Positions 26,926 to 40,307 of a DNA stretch of 64,000 bases are shown here, one piece after another. The stretch comes from Eledone cirrhosa (taxonomy: Eukaryota). The stretch spans positions 23,312,001-23,376,000 of the forward strand of contig OZ024757.1 in NCBI GenBank assembly GCA_964016885.1. The letters are read 5' to 3'. Below the pieces are notes generated by a model that was not told where the DNA came from, did no database searches, and saw nothing but the letters and a program-made list of their open reading frames with translations. Each line of letters starts with the position of its first letter. Positions within the stretch are counted from its first letter, which is position 1. The position numbers and the translations under genes were made by a program.

Positions 26926-27292
26926 CTCACTCAGTGAGAAATGAAATTTCATTTCATTCTATTCCATTTATCATTTTCGGTGTGCCCGGCCGACTGAACT
27001 CACTCGATATGCAAATTAGGCTGCTCATATATGTATACAGACGTACAGTATGTGCATGTATGTATATATATACATACTACTGTACGTCTGTATACATATA
27101 TGTATGTACGTATACATACATACTTACATTTAAGTAAGTGCCGTACTATGAGTGAGAAATGAAATTTCATTTCATTCTATTCTATATATATGTATACATA
27201 TATATATATATAAAAGATGTAAAATAAGAAAATTTAAAAAAATTTTTTTAAATTAACTTACTAAATGTATACATATATATATATATGTATAC

Positions 27293-27343
<51 letters not shown>

Positions 27344-27371
27344 TATTTATATATACATATATATATATATA

Positions 27372-29366
27372 TCATCATCATCATCATCATCATCAACGTT
27401 TAACGTCCGTGTTCCACGCTTGCATGGGTTTGGACGGGGGTAGTCCCACTTGAGGCAAGAGTGATTGTCTTGCTCGCATAGGACTGTCTGGCAGGTTTTC
27501 TACAGTTGGATGCCCTTCCTAACACCAACCACATTTACAGTGTGGGTCTGGGAGGTTTTTACCGTGTTGCCTACACGGCCACATTACAGCGTGGACTGTG
27601 TGTTTTTTTGTCGTGACACCTACACGATCTCATTTGTTTCGGCCTCGATGGCGCGGCACCAACATAACTTTACATAGAACGGGGTGGTGTGGATCGGGTG
27701 GGGGTGGTGGGACGGGGTGTATTTGTTAGAGATGCCTACTGGCTGGAGTAGGTTTTACTATATATTTAGGTAAGGCGGGTCTTCTCTGTTACTGAGTACC
27801 GCCAAAGGTCTCGGTCCAGTGACATTGTCTTGGAGAGGTGTAAGTGTGTGATGTCGGAGTTTATCAGCTCGTCCCAGGTTTTTCTAGGTCTGCCTATTCC
27901 GTGACTACCGTCTATCTTTATTGCCCTGCACTTTGTTATACAGCTATCGACTTTCATGCGCATCACGTGTCCATACCAACGTAGCCTTCTCTCGAGTAAA
28001 CAACATCTGATCCCTCTTATCTCTAATTTATTCCTTAGTTCGTTTATGCTTTGCCGTTCACGTATATTACTGTTACACATCCAGCGGAGCATGCAAGCTT
28101 CGTTCCTCTCTAGTCTGCGTATATCCTCTGCACACAATGCCCAGGTCTCACTGCCATGCAGCATTGCTGTTCGTATGCAGGCATCGTACAACCTGCCTTT
28201 CATTTTTAGTGAGAACCCTTTAGCAGCTAATAGTGGTATAAGCTCTCTGAACTTTTTCCAACCAGTTCTGACTCTAGCTACAGTACTTTCAGAGCACCCT
28301 CCCCCACTGCTGATTTTATCGCCCAGGTAACGGAAGCTGTCCACTATTTCTATAGAACCCTCTGCGCAATTGAAAGAGCTAGTAGTTTGTGGGCACTTGC
28401 TGCTACTTATTGCACCAGAGCACCGGCCACATGTAAAATCTATGTTCTTAGTTAGCCTACCTGTGATCCCACTACATCTTTTATGCACCCATACTTTGCA
28501 TTTAGGACATAAAATGGAGTTTCTACCTACGCCTTTCCTACACACCGAGCACGACCATTTCCCAGAAGGGACCGCCGCCTTGTTTTCTTTCCTACAAACT
28601 AGTACTTTGGTCTTAGCCAGGTTAATTTTAAGTCCTTTTGACTCTAGGCCGTGCTTCCATGTTTGGAATTTCTTCTCTAGCTCGGCCATTGATTCCGCTA
28701 TGAGTGTCAGGTCGTCTGCGTATAGGAGTTCCCATGGGCAGCCTGTCTTGAACTCCTCTGTTATGGCCTGAAGGGCAATAATAAATAGTAGTGGACTGAG
28801 AACAGAGCCCTGATGGACGCCGACTTTTACGCTAAACTCTTCACTATATTCGTTGTTAATTCTAACCTTGCTGACTGTTTCTTTATACATGGCTTGTATA
28901 GCCCTCACAAGCCATTCGTCAACGCCTAGTTTTCTAAGAGCCCACCAGATAATGGAGCGGGGGACTCTGTCGAAGGCTTTCTCCAAGTCGACAAAAGCTA
29001 AGTAGAGGGGTTTACCTTTAGCTAGGTACTTCTCTTGTAGTTGTCGTACTATGAAAAGAGCGTCTGTGGTACTTTTGCCTGACACAAACCCGAACTGCAT
29101 TTCATCTAGGTCAATTCTCTCTCTGATTAGTTGCGCTATTACTCTTTCCGTGACCTTCATGACCTGGTCGATTAATTTAATGCCTCTATAGTTACTCCTA
29201 TCTAGGGCGTCTCCTTTACCCTTATAACAGTTAACGATGATGCTGCTATGCCAGTCCTTCGGGACAACCCCGTTTTGTACGACTTGGTTAACTATGCGGG
29301 TGACCATGGTGTGTCCCACCGTGCCAGATGCCTTCAGCATCTCAGCAACTATTTCCGAAGGCCCAG
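27372..29366 (-). mobile_element. Young 5'-truncated RTE-clade LINE (family 1) inserted in a (TA)n tract
   Basis: Uninterrupted RT ORF, ~390-nt 3'UTR and (GAT)n tail; AP endonuclease domain missing because of truncation. Confidence 0.97.
27766..29340 (-). CDS. LINE reverse transcriptase (RTE clade), N-terminally truncated, with internal PHD-like Cys/His finger
   Basis: Motifs [71 protein letters not shown]; finger CSVC..CPKC..HKRC..CGRC; the frame stays open up to the truncation point ([10 protein letters not shown]). Confidence 0.95.
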   Translation of the reverse strand: MLKASGTVGHTMVTRIVNQVVQNGVVPKDWHSSIIVNCYKGKGDALDRSNYRGIKLIDQVMKVTERVIAQLIRERIDLDEMQFGFVSGKSTTDALFIVRQLQEKYLAKGKPLYLAFVDLEKAFDRVPRSIIWWALRKLGVDEWLVRAIQAMYKETVSKVRINNEYSEEFSVKVGVHQGSVLSPLLFIIALQAITEEFKTGCPWELLYADDLTLIAESMAELEKKFQTWKHGLESKGLKINLAKTKVLVCRKENKAAVPSGKWSCSVCRKGVGRNSILCPKCKVWVHKRCSGITGRLTKNIDFTCGRCSGAISSSKCPQTTSSFNCAEGSIEIVDSFRYLGDKISSGGGCSESTVARVRTGWKKFRELIPLLAAKGFSLKMKGRLYDACIRTAMLHGSETWALCAEDIRRLERNEACMLRWMCNSNIRERQSINELRNKLEIRGIRCCLLERRLRWYGHVMRMKVDSCITKCRAIKIDGSHGIGRPRKTWDELINSDITHLHLSKTMSLDRDLWRYSVTEKTRLT

Positions 29367-30049
29367 CCTATATACATATATATATACATATATATTTATA
29401 TATATACATATATATTTATATATATACATATATATATACATATATATTTATATATATACATATAATTGCTGCTTTCACCCTTAACGGGATCTTCATATAT
29501 GTAAACGTATATATATATATATATATACATATATATATACGTATACATATATGAACAGATGTAAAAAAAACACAGTAAATCAAAAAGCAAACCAGCTATC
29601 ATGAAAACAAAATGAGCAGACTCTATTGTAAAGAAACCCTAATACATTTTAACACTGAAAACAATATTCACCAACACATATATCCATACATGATCTATAG
29701 ATTTATACGACTTTATAGGTGAGGTACATATTCTCATCTATTATCACAGCAGTTCTCCAGTACAATATGGACAAAACTATATACCACGTGATATTCTGCA
29801 AGAAATTGTAAAAGATCAATAGAAGACAGCTGCTGTAGACTTTATGGAGAATGTATATAATTTCTGGTGTTACTGTAGTTATTATGTTTTTTTTAATACC
29901 ATATCACAAAGGTAGCATATTAATAATAGATGCTGATATCAAACTGAGTGTGTGAATATTACAAATATGGTGCAATATTAAACGAGTGTTATCAAACAAA
30001 AACTGAATGTATTTATACTATAAAACCAGTTGGATATTAATTAACTTGT

Positions 30050-30790
30050 AACGTCCAGTACTGCAGGAAACTGTATTAGCCAGATATTCGTGAAAAGAAT
30101 AAAAACTGCACTTTGATATCAGCTTTAAAACAGCAAATGTTCACAATTCTTGAGAAGTACAAGACAGTACTATGACTGCATTACATAGAAAATTGGAGTC
30201 TTTACTTTTATACTGCAAATTTTTACAATCGTCTCTCCATTAATAAAGATACTAAAAACACATAAATTAACAAACCAACTGAAACGACATTAGCCATATA
30301 TTCATGAAAAGTAAAAAAAAACAGCACTATGACTGCAAAGTTGGAATTTATACTTTAATACTGCAAATTTTCACAATGGTCTGTTCATTAGTAAAGATAC
30401 TTTAACCCTTTAACATTTAAACCGGCTGTGTCTGACCGGAATTCTCTTACCTCTTTCTGTGCAAACTGACTGTAACCAGCTGCTCATACTTATGTTAAGA
30501 TATTGTTATAAAAATGAATATTATCAAAATCTCATAGATTTGATATTACGTCAGGTAAAACCTCTACCATGAAAATACAATAGTAAATATAGTGCAATGT
30601 AAATGCTAAAGTGTTAAACATTTAAATTAACCACATGAAACCCCTATTAACAAGATATTCTTGAGAAATACAAAACAGCCCTATGATGGCCTCATTTAAA
30701 CATTGGAGTCTTTAATACAGCAAATTTTCGCAACAATTTGTCCATCAGTAGAAATACTTTAAACATTTGTATTAACAAACTCACATTTAG
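30050..30790 (-). repeat. Diverged ~110-bp tandem array interrupted by a TTAA MITE (30402-30616)
   Basis: Recurrent tactgcaaattttcacaat / aaaacagcactatgact, the reverse complement of the 62797-63168 unit. Confidence 0.65.
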
Positions 30791-31107
30791 AAATTTTCTG
30801 TTGAATCATTATAGGAAGAGGGAAAAAAATGAGAAAATGGGAAAGGGGGAAAGGGGTGCAGACACTTCACCCCAGTCTAGACAGTATATCAGTTGTGTGC
30901 TATGGAGATGACTAAAACATTGCTATGGAGAACAGCCTGTGACACCCACTGCATCAGCCACTCCAGCTCACAGGACATCTTTCTCAGGCAGAATACGTTC
31001 CTCCTGAATTTACAGAGGAAAATGGCAGACCAGGGACTGAGGACACCAGAGGTCTTGACAGTGAAAGGAGGCAGTTGATTATTATAGCATTTGGATTATT
31101 AAGGATC

Positions 31108-31893
31108 GTGGATTAGCAGTATCAATAGGGCATCGGACGACATGCTTTATGGCACAGAGTTATGTCCCTTTACATTCTGAGTGGTTGAGTAGATAGAGAA
31201 TTGGATTTGCAATCGTGAGATTGTGAGTTCGCTTCACCGACCAGGCAATGCGTTATGTCCTTGAGCAAGACACTTTATTTCACGTTGCCCCTTCTGCCTG
31301 AATTTACAACTGGTAGATAGTATTAGCAATTGGAAAGAAGAATGGAAACATTGTTTCGTTGTTCTGATTTGACGAGTCCTGGGATCTTGTTGATCAACAT
31401 TCTGAGTTCAAATCCTATTGGGGTTAGCTTTCCCTTTCATCCTTACAGGAGTCATCATTTCATTTCATTTCATTTTACATCCACTTTTTCCCTGCTTGCA
31501 AGGGTGGGACGGGAACTGATTCTGGCTTGATTTCTATAGCTGGATGCCCTTCCTAACACCAACCTCATTTACAGTGAGTGCTGGGTGCTTTTTTGCCGTG
31601 GCACCTTCACGACCACTTTGCAGTGGAATGATAGGGAACTCAGTCCTATCATCTCATTTCTACAGCTGAGTAAACTGGAGCAATGTGAAATAAAGTGTCT
31701 TGCTCAAGGAAACAACACATCACCCGGTCTGAGAATTGAACTCACAACCTTTCGATTGCAAGCCCAATGCTCTAACCACTAAGCCATGTGCCTCCAGGAG
31801 TGATAAAATAAAATACCAGTAATTACTGGGCTCGCTTTAATCGACTTTCCTCTCACCCCAAATTGTTGGCTTTTATGCCTAAATCAGAAACCA
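31108..31893 (+). mobile_element. SINE family B interrupted by SINE C (31183-31396, +) and SINE A (31453-31795, -)
   Basis: TSD acattctgagt at 31172/31397; TSD caggagt at 31446/31795. Confidence 0.85.
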
Positions 31894-32224
31894 TTCCTAT
31901 TTAATAAGAGAGTGGTGGTTTGGTAGAAATGGTACAGTTTGGGATAAAATATCAATGATAATGGTGATGAAGATGGCAATGATAGTGGTGATGAAGACGG
32001 CAATGATAATGGTGATGAAGATGCCAATGAAAATGATGAAGATGGCAATGAAAATGATGAAGATGGCAATGATAATGGTGATGATTTTACTCCTTTCCCA
32101 TTTTCCTGGGAAAGGCAAACATCTTCAATATATTGGGATGTTTTAAGTTGCTATTGAGGATGTAATATCCCTTTACATTACAGTGGAGCAAACATTGGAG
32201 TAGGGTTACTGAATAGAAGGTCCC

Positions 32225-32706
32225 TGTGTCTATGTATGCATGTGTGCGTGTGTATGTCTGTGTGCATGCGTGTGCGTGTGTGCGTGTGTATGTCTGTGTG
32301 CATGTGTGTGTGTGTGTGTGCGTGTCTGTGTCTGTCTGTGTACATGTGTGTGTGCATGTGTACATGTGTATCTGTGTGTGTGTGTGTGTATGTGTGTATG
32401 TGTGTACATGTGTATGTGTAAGCATGTGTGTGTGTGTGTGCGTACATGTGTATCTGTGTGTGTGTGCGTACATGTGTATCTGTGTGTGTGTGTGTATTTG
32501 TATGTGTGTACATGTGTATGTGTAAGCATGTGTGTCTGTGTGTGAGCATGTGTCTGTGTGTGAGCATGTGTCTGTGTGCGTACATGTGTATCTGTGTGTG
32601 TGTGTATTTGTGTGTGTGTGTATTTGTGTGTGTGTGTGCATGTGTGTACATGTGTATGTGTAAGCATGTGTGTCTGTGTGAGCATGTGTCTGTGCGTACA
32701 TGTGCA

Positions 32707-32738
<32 letters not shown>
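32225..32738. repeat. Imperfect (GT)n/(GTAT) microsatellite
   Basis: Direct reading. Confidence 0.95.
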
Positions 32739-32739
<1 letters not shown>

Positions 32740-33699
32740 AGGATAAGGGGCTAGAATTTTAAGAGGAAGTTGTGGAGGAGATTACATAACAAATGGAACA
32801 GTGGCTGAGAAATTACGTAATTAGTCTGATGGAATGAAAGAAATTGGAAAATATGAAGAAAACTTATGTAATGAGGCAATTATAAAGAATTAGTTTTTAA
32901 AAAATAAGGAATAAAGGGGAAAATAATGGATCTTTTTATTCATGGATGAATGGTTATTAAATTTAATTTTATTTTATTTCATTTTTCTTTCGTAGAAAAG
33001 AATGCTGAAAGAGTGGCTATGTTAATTGAAAATTATTCAGACTTCAAATGAATAAAATTTCTTCTCTAAAGACTTTTCTTTCTCTTTTGAAGAAAAAACT
33101 GACATCGAAATGAATCAATGCGAAGCTGTGGAGATTAAGCCACGCTGAAAATAATGGTAAGCCGCCATCTATTTAGGAAAAGATCTATTACAGAAGCCAA
33201 AAAGAAATTTGATTTCATTTTTTTATTCTTCTTTGTCGCATTTTTTTATTATTTTATTTTATTTTATTTTATTTTATTTTATTTTATTTTTTAGATTTGT
33301 TTTTATCTTTATATTCACTTATCTCTGTATGTCTTGTTTTTTTATTATTTTTCGTTTCTCAACTGTAAAAAGTCTAGATACTTCCCCCCTTAGTCTGTCA
33401 TGGCTTACTAGCTCTATACAGACGTTTAAATTGATTCCATAAATCAATAAATAGATAAATATGACTGGATTTGCAATGAGATATTTAACTGAAGTATGGA
33501 CGCCTCTTGATGCTAGAAAGATTTCTAGGAATTAAAAAATTTTAAAAATAAACTATGTTTTATTTCCATTTCTATGTATGTAAAAATTATTTTAATTTTT
33601 TTGTATTTTTTCTGTACCTTATCGTTAATTAGTTCTGGATATTAAAGTATTTAGGGGAATAATTTTACCCCAATTAACAACAAATTACAGAAGTTCAGA

Positions 33700-34020
33700 A
33701 CCATAACTACCACTGCACCACCAACACTATAATACCACTGTGCCTCAACAATACCACCACCACACTGCCACCACAACAATACCACCACCACCACCACAAC
33801 AATACCACCACCACACCACAACAACAATACCACACCATACCACCACAACACCACTGCTTATACTACCACTAGCACCACCACCAGCAACTGCAACAACAAT
33901 GACACCTCACCACCACTGCTTATACTACCACCACCACCACAACACTACCACTGCTTATACTACCACCACCACCACCACCGCTAATACTACCACCACCACC
34001 CCCAACAAGCATCACTACCA
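33700..34020. repeat. (CAC/CAA)n low-complexity tract
   Basis: Direct reading. Confidence 0.9.
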
Positions 34021-34329
34021 CCAGGGACCCCCTCTCCACCAACATCCACATGTCTGTGTTTCCATGATGTCATAAATTAAACAAGTGGGTCGCTTACACA
34101 CTTCGTCATAAAACACAGTCTCTTTTTAACTTCAACTTTTTAAGGTAATATTTTAACCCTTTAATGTTCAAACCAGCCAAAACTGGGCAGAATTCTCTAC
34201 CCTTTTTTTCTTGAAACTGGCTGAAACTGGTCACTCAAACTGATGTTAAGGTATTGTTTTCAAAATAAATACTTTCAAAATCTCATAGATTTGATATTAT
34301 GTAAGGTAAAGCATTTACCATGAAAATGT

Positions 34330-34510
34330 AATTGTTTCTACTTTTGGCACAAGGCCAGCAATTATCCCAGTGCATTACTGGTACTTTATTTTATCGACCC
34401 CGTAAGGATGAAAGGCAAAGTTAAACTCAGCGGGATTTGAACTCAGATCATAAAGGCCCGTAACAAAGCATGGCGTCCAACCCTCTACCGATACTGCCAA
34501 TCCACCGCCC
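34330..34510 (-). mobile_element. SINE family B inserted in a TTAA MITE that starts at 34153
   Basis: 16-bp TSD catttaccatgaaaat at 34312-34327 and 34510-34525. Confidence 0.85.
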
Positions 34511-34511
34511 A

Positions 34512-36023
34512 TTTACCATGAAAATATAATAGTATATATAGAGTAATGTGAATGTTATGCGAGATATTATGTGAGGTAAAACCTTTACCATGAAAATACA
34601 ATAGTATATATAGAGTAATGTGAATGTTATGTGAGATATTATGTGAGGTAAAGCCTTTACCATGAAAATACAATAGTATATATATAGAGTAATGTAAATG
34701 TTATGTGAGATATTATGTGAGGTAAAGCCTTTACCATGAAAATATAATAGTATATATAGAGTAATGTGAATGTTTGAGATATTATGTGAGGTAAAACCTT
34801 TACCATGAAAATACAATAGTATATATAGAGTAATGTAAATGTTATGCGAGATATTATGTGAGGTAAAGCCTTTACCATGAAAATACAATAGTATATATAG
34901 AGTAATGTAAATGTTATGTGAGATATTATGTGAGGTAAAGCCTTTACCATGAAAATACAATAGTATATATAGAGTAATGTAAATGTTATGTGAGATATTA
35001 TGTGAGGTAAAACCTTTACCATGAAAATACAATAGTATATATAGAGTAATGTGAATGTTATGTGAGATAATTATGTGAGGTAAAGCATTTACCATGAAAA
35101 TACAATAGTATATATAGAGTAATGTAAATGTTATGTGAGATATTATGTGAGGTAAAGCCTTTACCATGAAAATACAATAGTATATATAGAGTAATGTAAA
35201 TGTTATGTGAGATATTATGTGAGGTAAAACCTTTACCATGAAAATACAATAGTATATATAGAGTAATGTGAATGTTATGTGAGATAATTATGTGAGGTAA
35301 AGCATTTACCATGAAAATACAATAGTATATATAGAGTAATGTAAATGTTATGTGAGATATTATGTGAGGTAAAGCCTTTACCATGAAAATACAATAGTAT
35401 ATATAGAGTAATGTAAATGTTATGTGAGATATTATGTGAGGTAAAGCCTTTACCATGAAAATACAATAGTATATATAGAGTAATGTAAATGTTATGTGAG
35501 ATATTATGTGAGGTAAAACCTTTACCATGAAAATACAATAGTATATATAGAGTAATGTGAATGTTATGTGAGATAATTATGTGAGGTAAAGCATTTACCA
35601 TGAAAATACAATAGTATATATAGAGTAATGTAAATGTTATGTGAGATATTATGTGAGGTAAAACCTTTACCATGAAAATACAATAGTATATATAGAGTAA
35701 TGTGAATGTTATGTGAGATAATTATGTGAGGTAAAGCATTTACCATGAAAATATAATAGTATATATAGAGTAATGTGAATGTTATGTGAGATATTATGTG
35801 AGGTAAAGCCTTTACCATGAAAATACAATAGTATATATAGAGTAATGTAAATGTTATGTGAGATATTATGTGAGGTAAAGCCTTTACCATGAAAATACAA
35901 TAGTATATATAGAGTAATGTAAATGTTATGTGAGATATTATGTGAGGTAAAGCCTTTACCATGAAAATACAATAGTATTTATAGAGTAATGTAAATGTTA
36001 TGTGAGGTAAAGCCTTTACCATG
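34512..36023. repeat. 72/73-bp satellite, ~21 copies, derived from the TTAA MITE
   Basis: Unit tttaccatgaaaatacaatagtatatatagagtaatgtaaatgttatgtgagatattatgtgaggtaaagcc; matches the reverse complement of 20755-20828. Confidence 0.95.
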
Positions 36024-36364
36024 AACACACAAACACACATACAGACATCCTCTGTTTTATATATATAGATGATGATGATACATGCACCTTTGATCAGTTG
36101 TAGTGTACCTGAACACTGTACACAATAATTTCATTACTATTATTATAAAATTGCATTCACAATTGTGAGATTCCGAGTTCAAATCCTGGACTGGATGATA
36201 CATTATGTCTTTAAGTAAGACACTTTATTTCACATTGCCACCAGTAGGTAGTATCAGTAATGGAAAGACCATGGAAGCATTGTTACTTTGGTCTGATTTG
36301 ATGAGTACTACCTCACTCAGTAAGCAAATTAGGTTTGGGATCGTGTTGATTGATTAGTTAGATG

Positions 36365-37262
36365 TTAAATATTAACATCTGGTGTATTATATGTTAACAT
36401 CTGGTGTATTATATGTTAACATCTGGTGTATTATATGTTAACATCTGGTGTATTATATATTAACATCTGACGTATTATATGTTAACATCTGGCGTATTAT
36501 ATGTTAACATCTGGTGTATTATATGTTAACATCTGGTGTATTATATGTTAACATCCGGTGTATTATATGTTGACATCCGGTGTATTATATGTTAACATCT
36601 GGTGTATTATATGTTAACATCTGGTGTATTATATGTTAACATCTGGTGTATTATATATTAACATCTGATGTATTATATGTTAACATCTGGTGTATTATAT
36701 GTTAACATCATCTGGTGTATTATATATTAACATCTGATGTATTATATATTAACATCTGGTGTATTATATATTATCTGCTGTATTATATATTAACATCTGG
36801 TGTATTATATATTAACATCTAATGTATTATATATTAACATCTGGTGTATTATATATTATCTGCTGAATTATATATTAACATCTGGTGTATTATATATTAA
36901 CATCTGGTGTATTATATATTAACATCTGGTGTATTATATATTAACATCTGATGTATTATATGTTAACATCCGGTGTATTATATATTAACATCTGGTGTAT
37001 TATATATTAACATCTGGTGTATTATATATTATCTGCTGAATTATATATTAACATCTGGTGTATTATATATTAACGTCTGGTGTATTATATATTAACATCT
37101 AATGTATTATATATTAACATCTGGTGTATTATATATTAACATCTGGTGTATTATATATTAACATCTGGTGTATTATATATTAACGTCTGGTGTATTATAT
37201 ATTAACATCTGGTGTATTATATATTAACATCTGGTGTATTATATGTTAACAACATCTGGTAT
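36365..37262. repeat. 22-bp minisatellite (aacatctggtgtattatatrtt), ~40 copies
   Basis: Direct reading; no unique spacers. Confidence 0.95.
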
Positions 37263-37394
37263 ATCAAATGTAAACATAGTTTAGTCTGTCTTTAACTAGA
37301 GAGAGTTTGTGGGGTGGGGTGGGGGATTGTCAAAGAAATAATGAGGAGCTCCAAAGACTTTGTAACATTAAATAACTAGTCATTATCAGTCTAA

Positions 37395-38667
37395 TGTGGT
37401 GTGGTGTGGTGTGGTGTGGTGTGGTGTGGTGTGGTGTGGTGTGGTGTGGTGTGGTGTGGTGTGGCAGGGTGGTGGGGTGGTGGGGTAGTGTGGTGTGGTG
37501 TGGTGTGGTGTGGTGTGGTGTGGCAGGGTGGTGGGGTGGTGGGGTAGTGTGGTGTGGTTTGGTGTGGAATGGTGTGGTGTGGTGTGGCAGGGTGGTGGGG
37601 TGGTGGGGTAGTGTGGTGTGGTTTGGTGTGGAATGGTGTGGTGTGGTGTGGTGTGGTGTGGTGTGGTGTGGTGTGGTGTGGTGTGGTGTGTTGTGTTGTG
37701 TTGTGTTGTGTTGTAGTGTAGTGTAGTGTAGTGTAGTGTAGTGTGGTGTGATGTGGACTGGAGCGGTGTGGAGTGGAGTGGTGTGGCTCGATGTGGTGTG
37801 GTGAGGAGTGGAGTGGTGTTGTGTGGAGTGGTGTGTAATGTTTATCTGTGTGTAATGTAGTGTAGTTTGTAATTTGGTGTGGTGTGTAATGTGGTGTGTA
37901 ATGTGGTATGGTGTGTAATGTGGTATGGTGTGTGGTGTGTAATGTGGTATGGTGTGTAATGTGGTATGGTGTGTAATGCGGTATGGTGTGTAATGTGGTA
38001 TGGTGTGTAATGCTTATATGTGCGTATACAACTACACACAGAGGCATACACATACACAACTACACAGGCACATTCAACTATACACAAACCCAACTGTATA
38101 CACACGCACACACAACTTCACAGAGGGGCCACACATACACACTTTGAGGAACACACACAGACACACATACATACACACAGACACATACACAGACACTCAT
38201 ACACAGACAGACACACATACATACACACAGACACATACACAGACACTCATACACAGACACACACAGACACATACACACATACATACACACAGACACACAT
38301 ACATACACACAGACACATACACATACATACACACATACACATACACATACATACACACATACACATACACACATACATACACACAGACACACAGATACAC
38401 ACACATACATACACACATACATACACACAGACATACATACATACACACATACACATACACATACATACACACATACACAGACACACACACATACATACAC
38501 ACAGACACATACATACACACATACACACATACATACACACACACACATACATACATCCATACACACACACAGACACATACACACATACATACACAGACAC
38601 AGACACACACACACACACACACACATACATACACACATACGTACATACACACAGACACACACATACA
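37395..38667. repeat. (GTGTG)n pentamer tract followed by (CA/CATA)n tract
   Basis: Direct reading. Confidence 0.95.
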
Positions 38668-39105
38668 TGAGAACAAATTATTGATGCCTAATTATTTTCA
38701 ACTCAACATAAATTTTCTAAAATTAGAAACGATATATGGCTGCATTATTTTCATTACAGTTTAGTCTTTATAAAAGAGATAAAATACCGAAGACATTTAT
38801 TTCATCAAAAGTAGAAGAAAACAAAAGAAAAGGAAAACGACGAAACAAAAGAAAAGGAAAACGACGAAACAAATGATGAGAAATAAAACAAGAAGCAAGG
38901 AAAAAAGCTAAAACAAACAAAAAATACCAAAATAGAAATGATGATAAATGAATATTTGAAATAAGAAAAATCCCATGAGGGAAAGAAAAAAAGAGTAAAT
39001 AGTAAATTATTTAAAGTAGAAAGCCCTTGTTGGGGTCTTAGGGAGGTTGCAAAAGTACTGATGACAACACATCAAACACATCACAATATTATTATTCTAT
39101 CAAAA

Positions 39106-39300
39106 GGGTGGTGGATAGGCAGTATCGATAGAGGGTCTGACACCATGCTTTGCAGCATAGAGTTATGGCCCTTTACGTTCTGAGTTCAAATCCCGCCGAG
39201 GTTAACTATGCCTTTCATCCTTACGGGGGTCGATAAAATAAAGTACCAGTAATGTACTGGAGAAATTGCTGGCCTTGTGCCTAAAGTAGAAACATTATTA
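39106..39300 (+). mobile_element. SINE family B, full length
   Basis: ggtggataggcagtatcgatagag...gagttcaaatccc (B box)...gcctttcatccttacggggtcgataaaataaagtaccag (Nin/Deu-like segment)...(att)n. Confidence 0.88.
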
Positions 39301-39356
39301 TTGTATTAAAGATTGTATAACAGAAATAAACATTAAAGGGTTTAATTCATATCTAG

Positions 39357-39823
39357 GTGTGTGGGGGTTTGTGTGGGTGTGTGTGGGTTTGTGTGGGTTT
39401 GTTTGTGTGTGTGTGGGTTTGTGTGGGTTTGTTTGTGTGTGTGTATTTATGTGGGTTTGTTTGTGTGTGTGTGGGTTTGTTTGTGTGTGTGTGTGGGTTT
39501 GTGTGTTTATGTGGGTTTGTTTGTGTGTGGGGGGGTTTGTGTGGGTTTGTTTGTGTGTGTGGGGGTTTGTGTGGGTTTGTTTGTGTGTGTGTGGGTTTGT
39601 GTGTGGGTTTGTGTGTGTGTGTGTTTGTGTGTGGATTTGTGTGTGGATTTGTTTGTGTTTGTTTGCGTGTGCAGGGGGGGGGTATGGGTTTGTGTGTTTC
39701 TGTGTTTGTGGGTTTGTGTGCCTGTGTGTGTGTTTGTGCATGTGTCTGTGTGTGTGTTTGTGTGTGTGTCTGTGTGTCTTTGTGTGTGGGTGTCTGTGTG
39801 TGTGTGTGTGTATGTATGTATGT

Positions 39824-39891
<68 letters not shown>

Positions 39892-39920
39892 GTGTTTGTG
39901 TGTTTGTGGGTTTGTGTGTT
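39357..39920. repeat. (GT)n/(GTGGGTTT) low-complexity tract
   Basis: Direct reading. Confidence 0.95.
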
Positions 39921-40237
39921 CATTCGTTTGTTTTCTATTCTGCCTTTGATACTCTCAGCTATTATTTCCAGCTGCACCATTAATAATTCCATTCTGCATG
40001 CAATCTGCCTGTTTTAGTTGCAGTTATGGTTTCTGTATGAAGCTGCAATCGTTGTGATGTCGACATCACTGCTTCAAAGTAATAACTGCTACCCTCAGAT
40101 ACAGATTCATTACACTACCACTCACAGCCAGTTCTTCTGGTGACAGGGATGGGCATCCAGCCATAGAAAGTTTACCAAAGGAAAGACCTTATTTAAATGT
40201 GCTTTTTTCCTGATACCCTTTGGAATACCGTCTGTAA

Positions 40238-40282
<45 letters not shown>

Positions 40283-40307
40283 TATACATATACATATGTA
40301 TATATAG

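Noticed and set aside
27956-28771. Plus-strand ORFs overlapping the RT
   Set aside because: Antisense shadows of the LINE ORF
34448-36040. Repeat-protein ORFs and CRISPR-like periodicity
   Set aside because: Head-to-tail 72-bp satellite with no unique spacers; eukaryotic context; no cas genes
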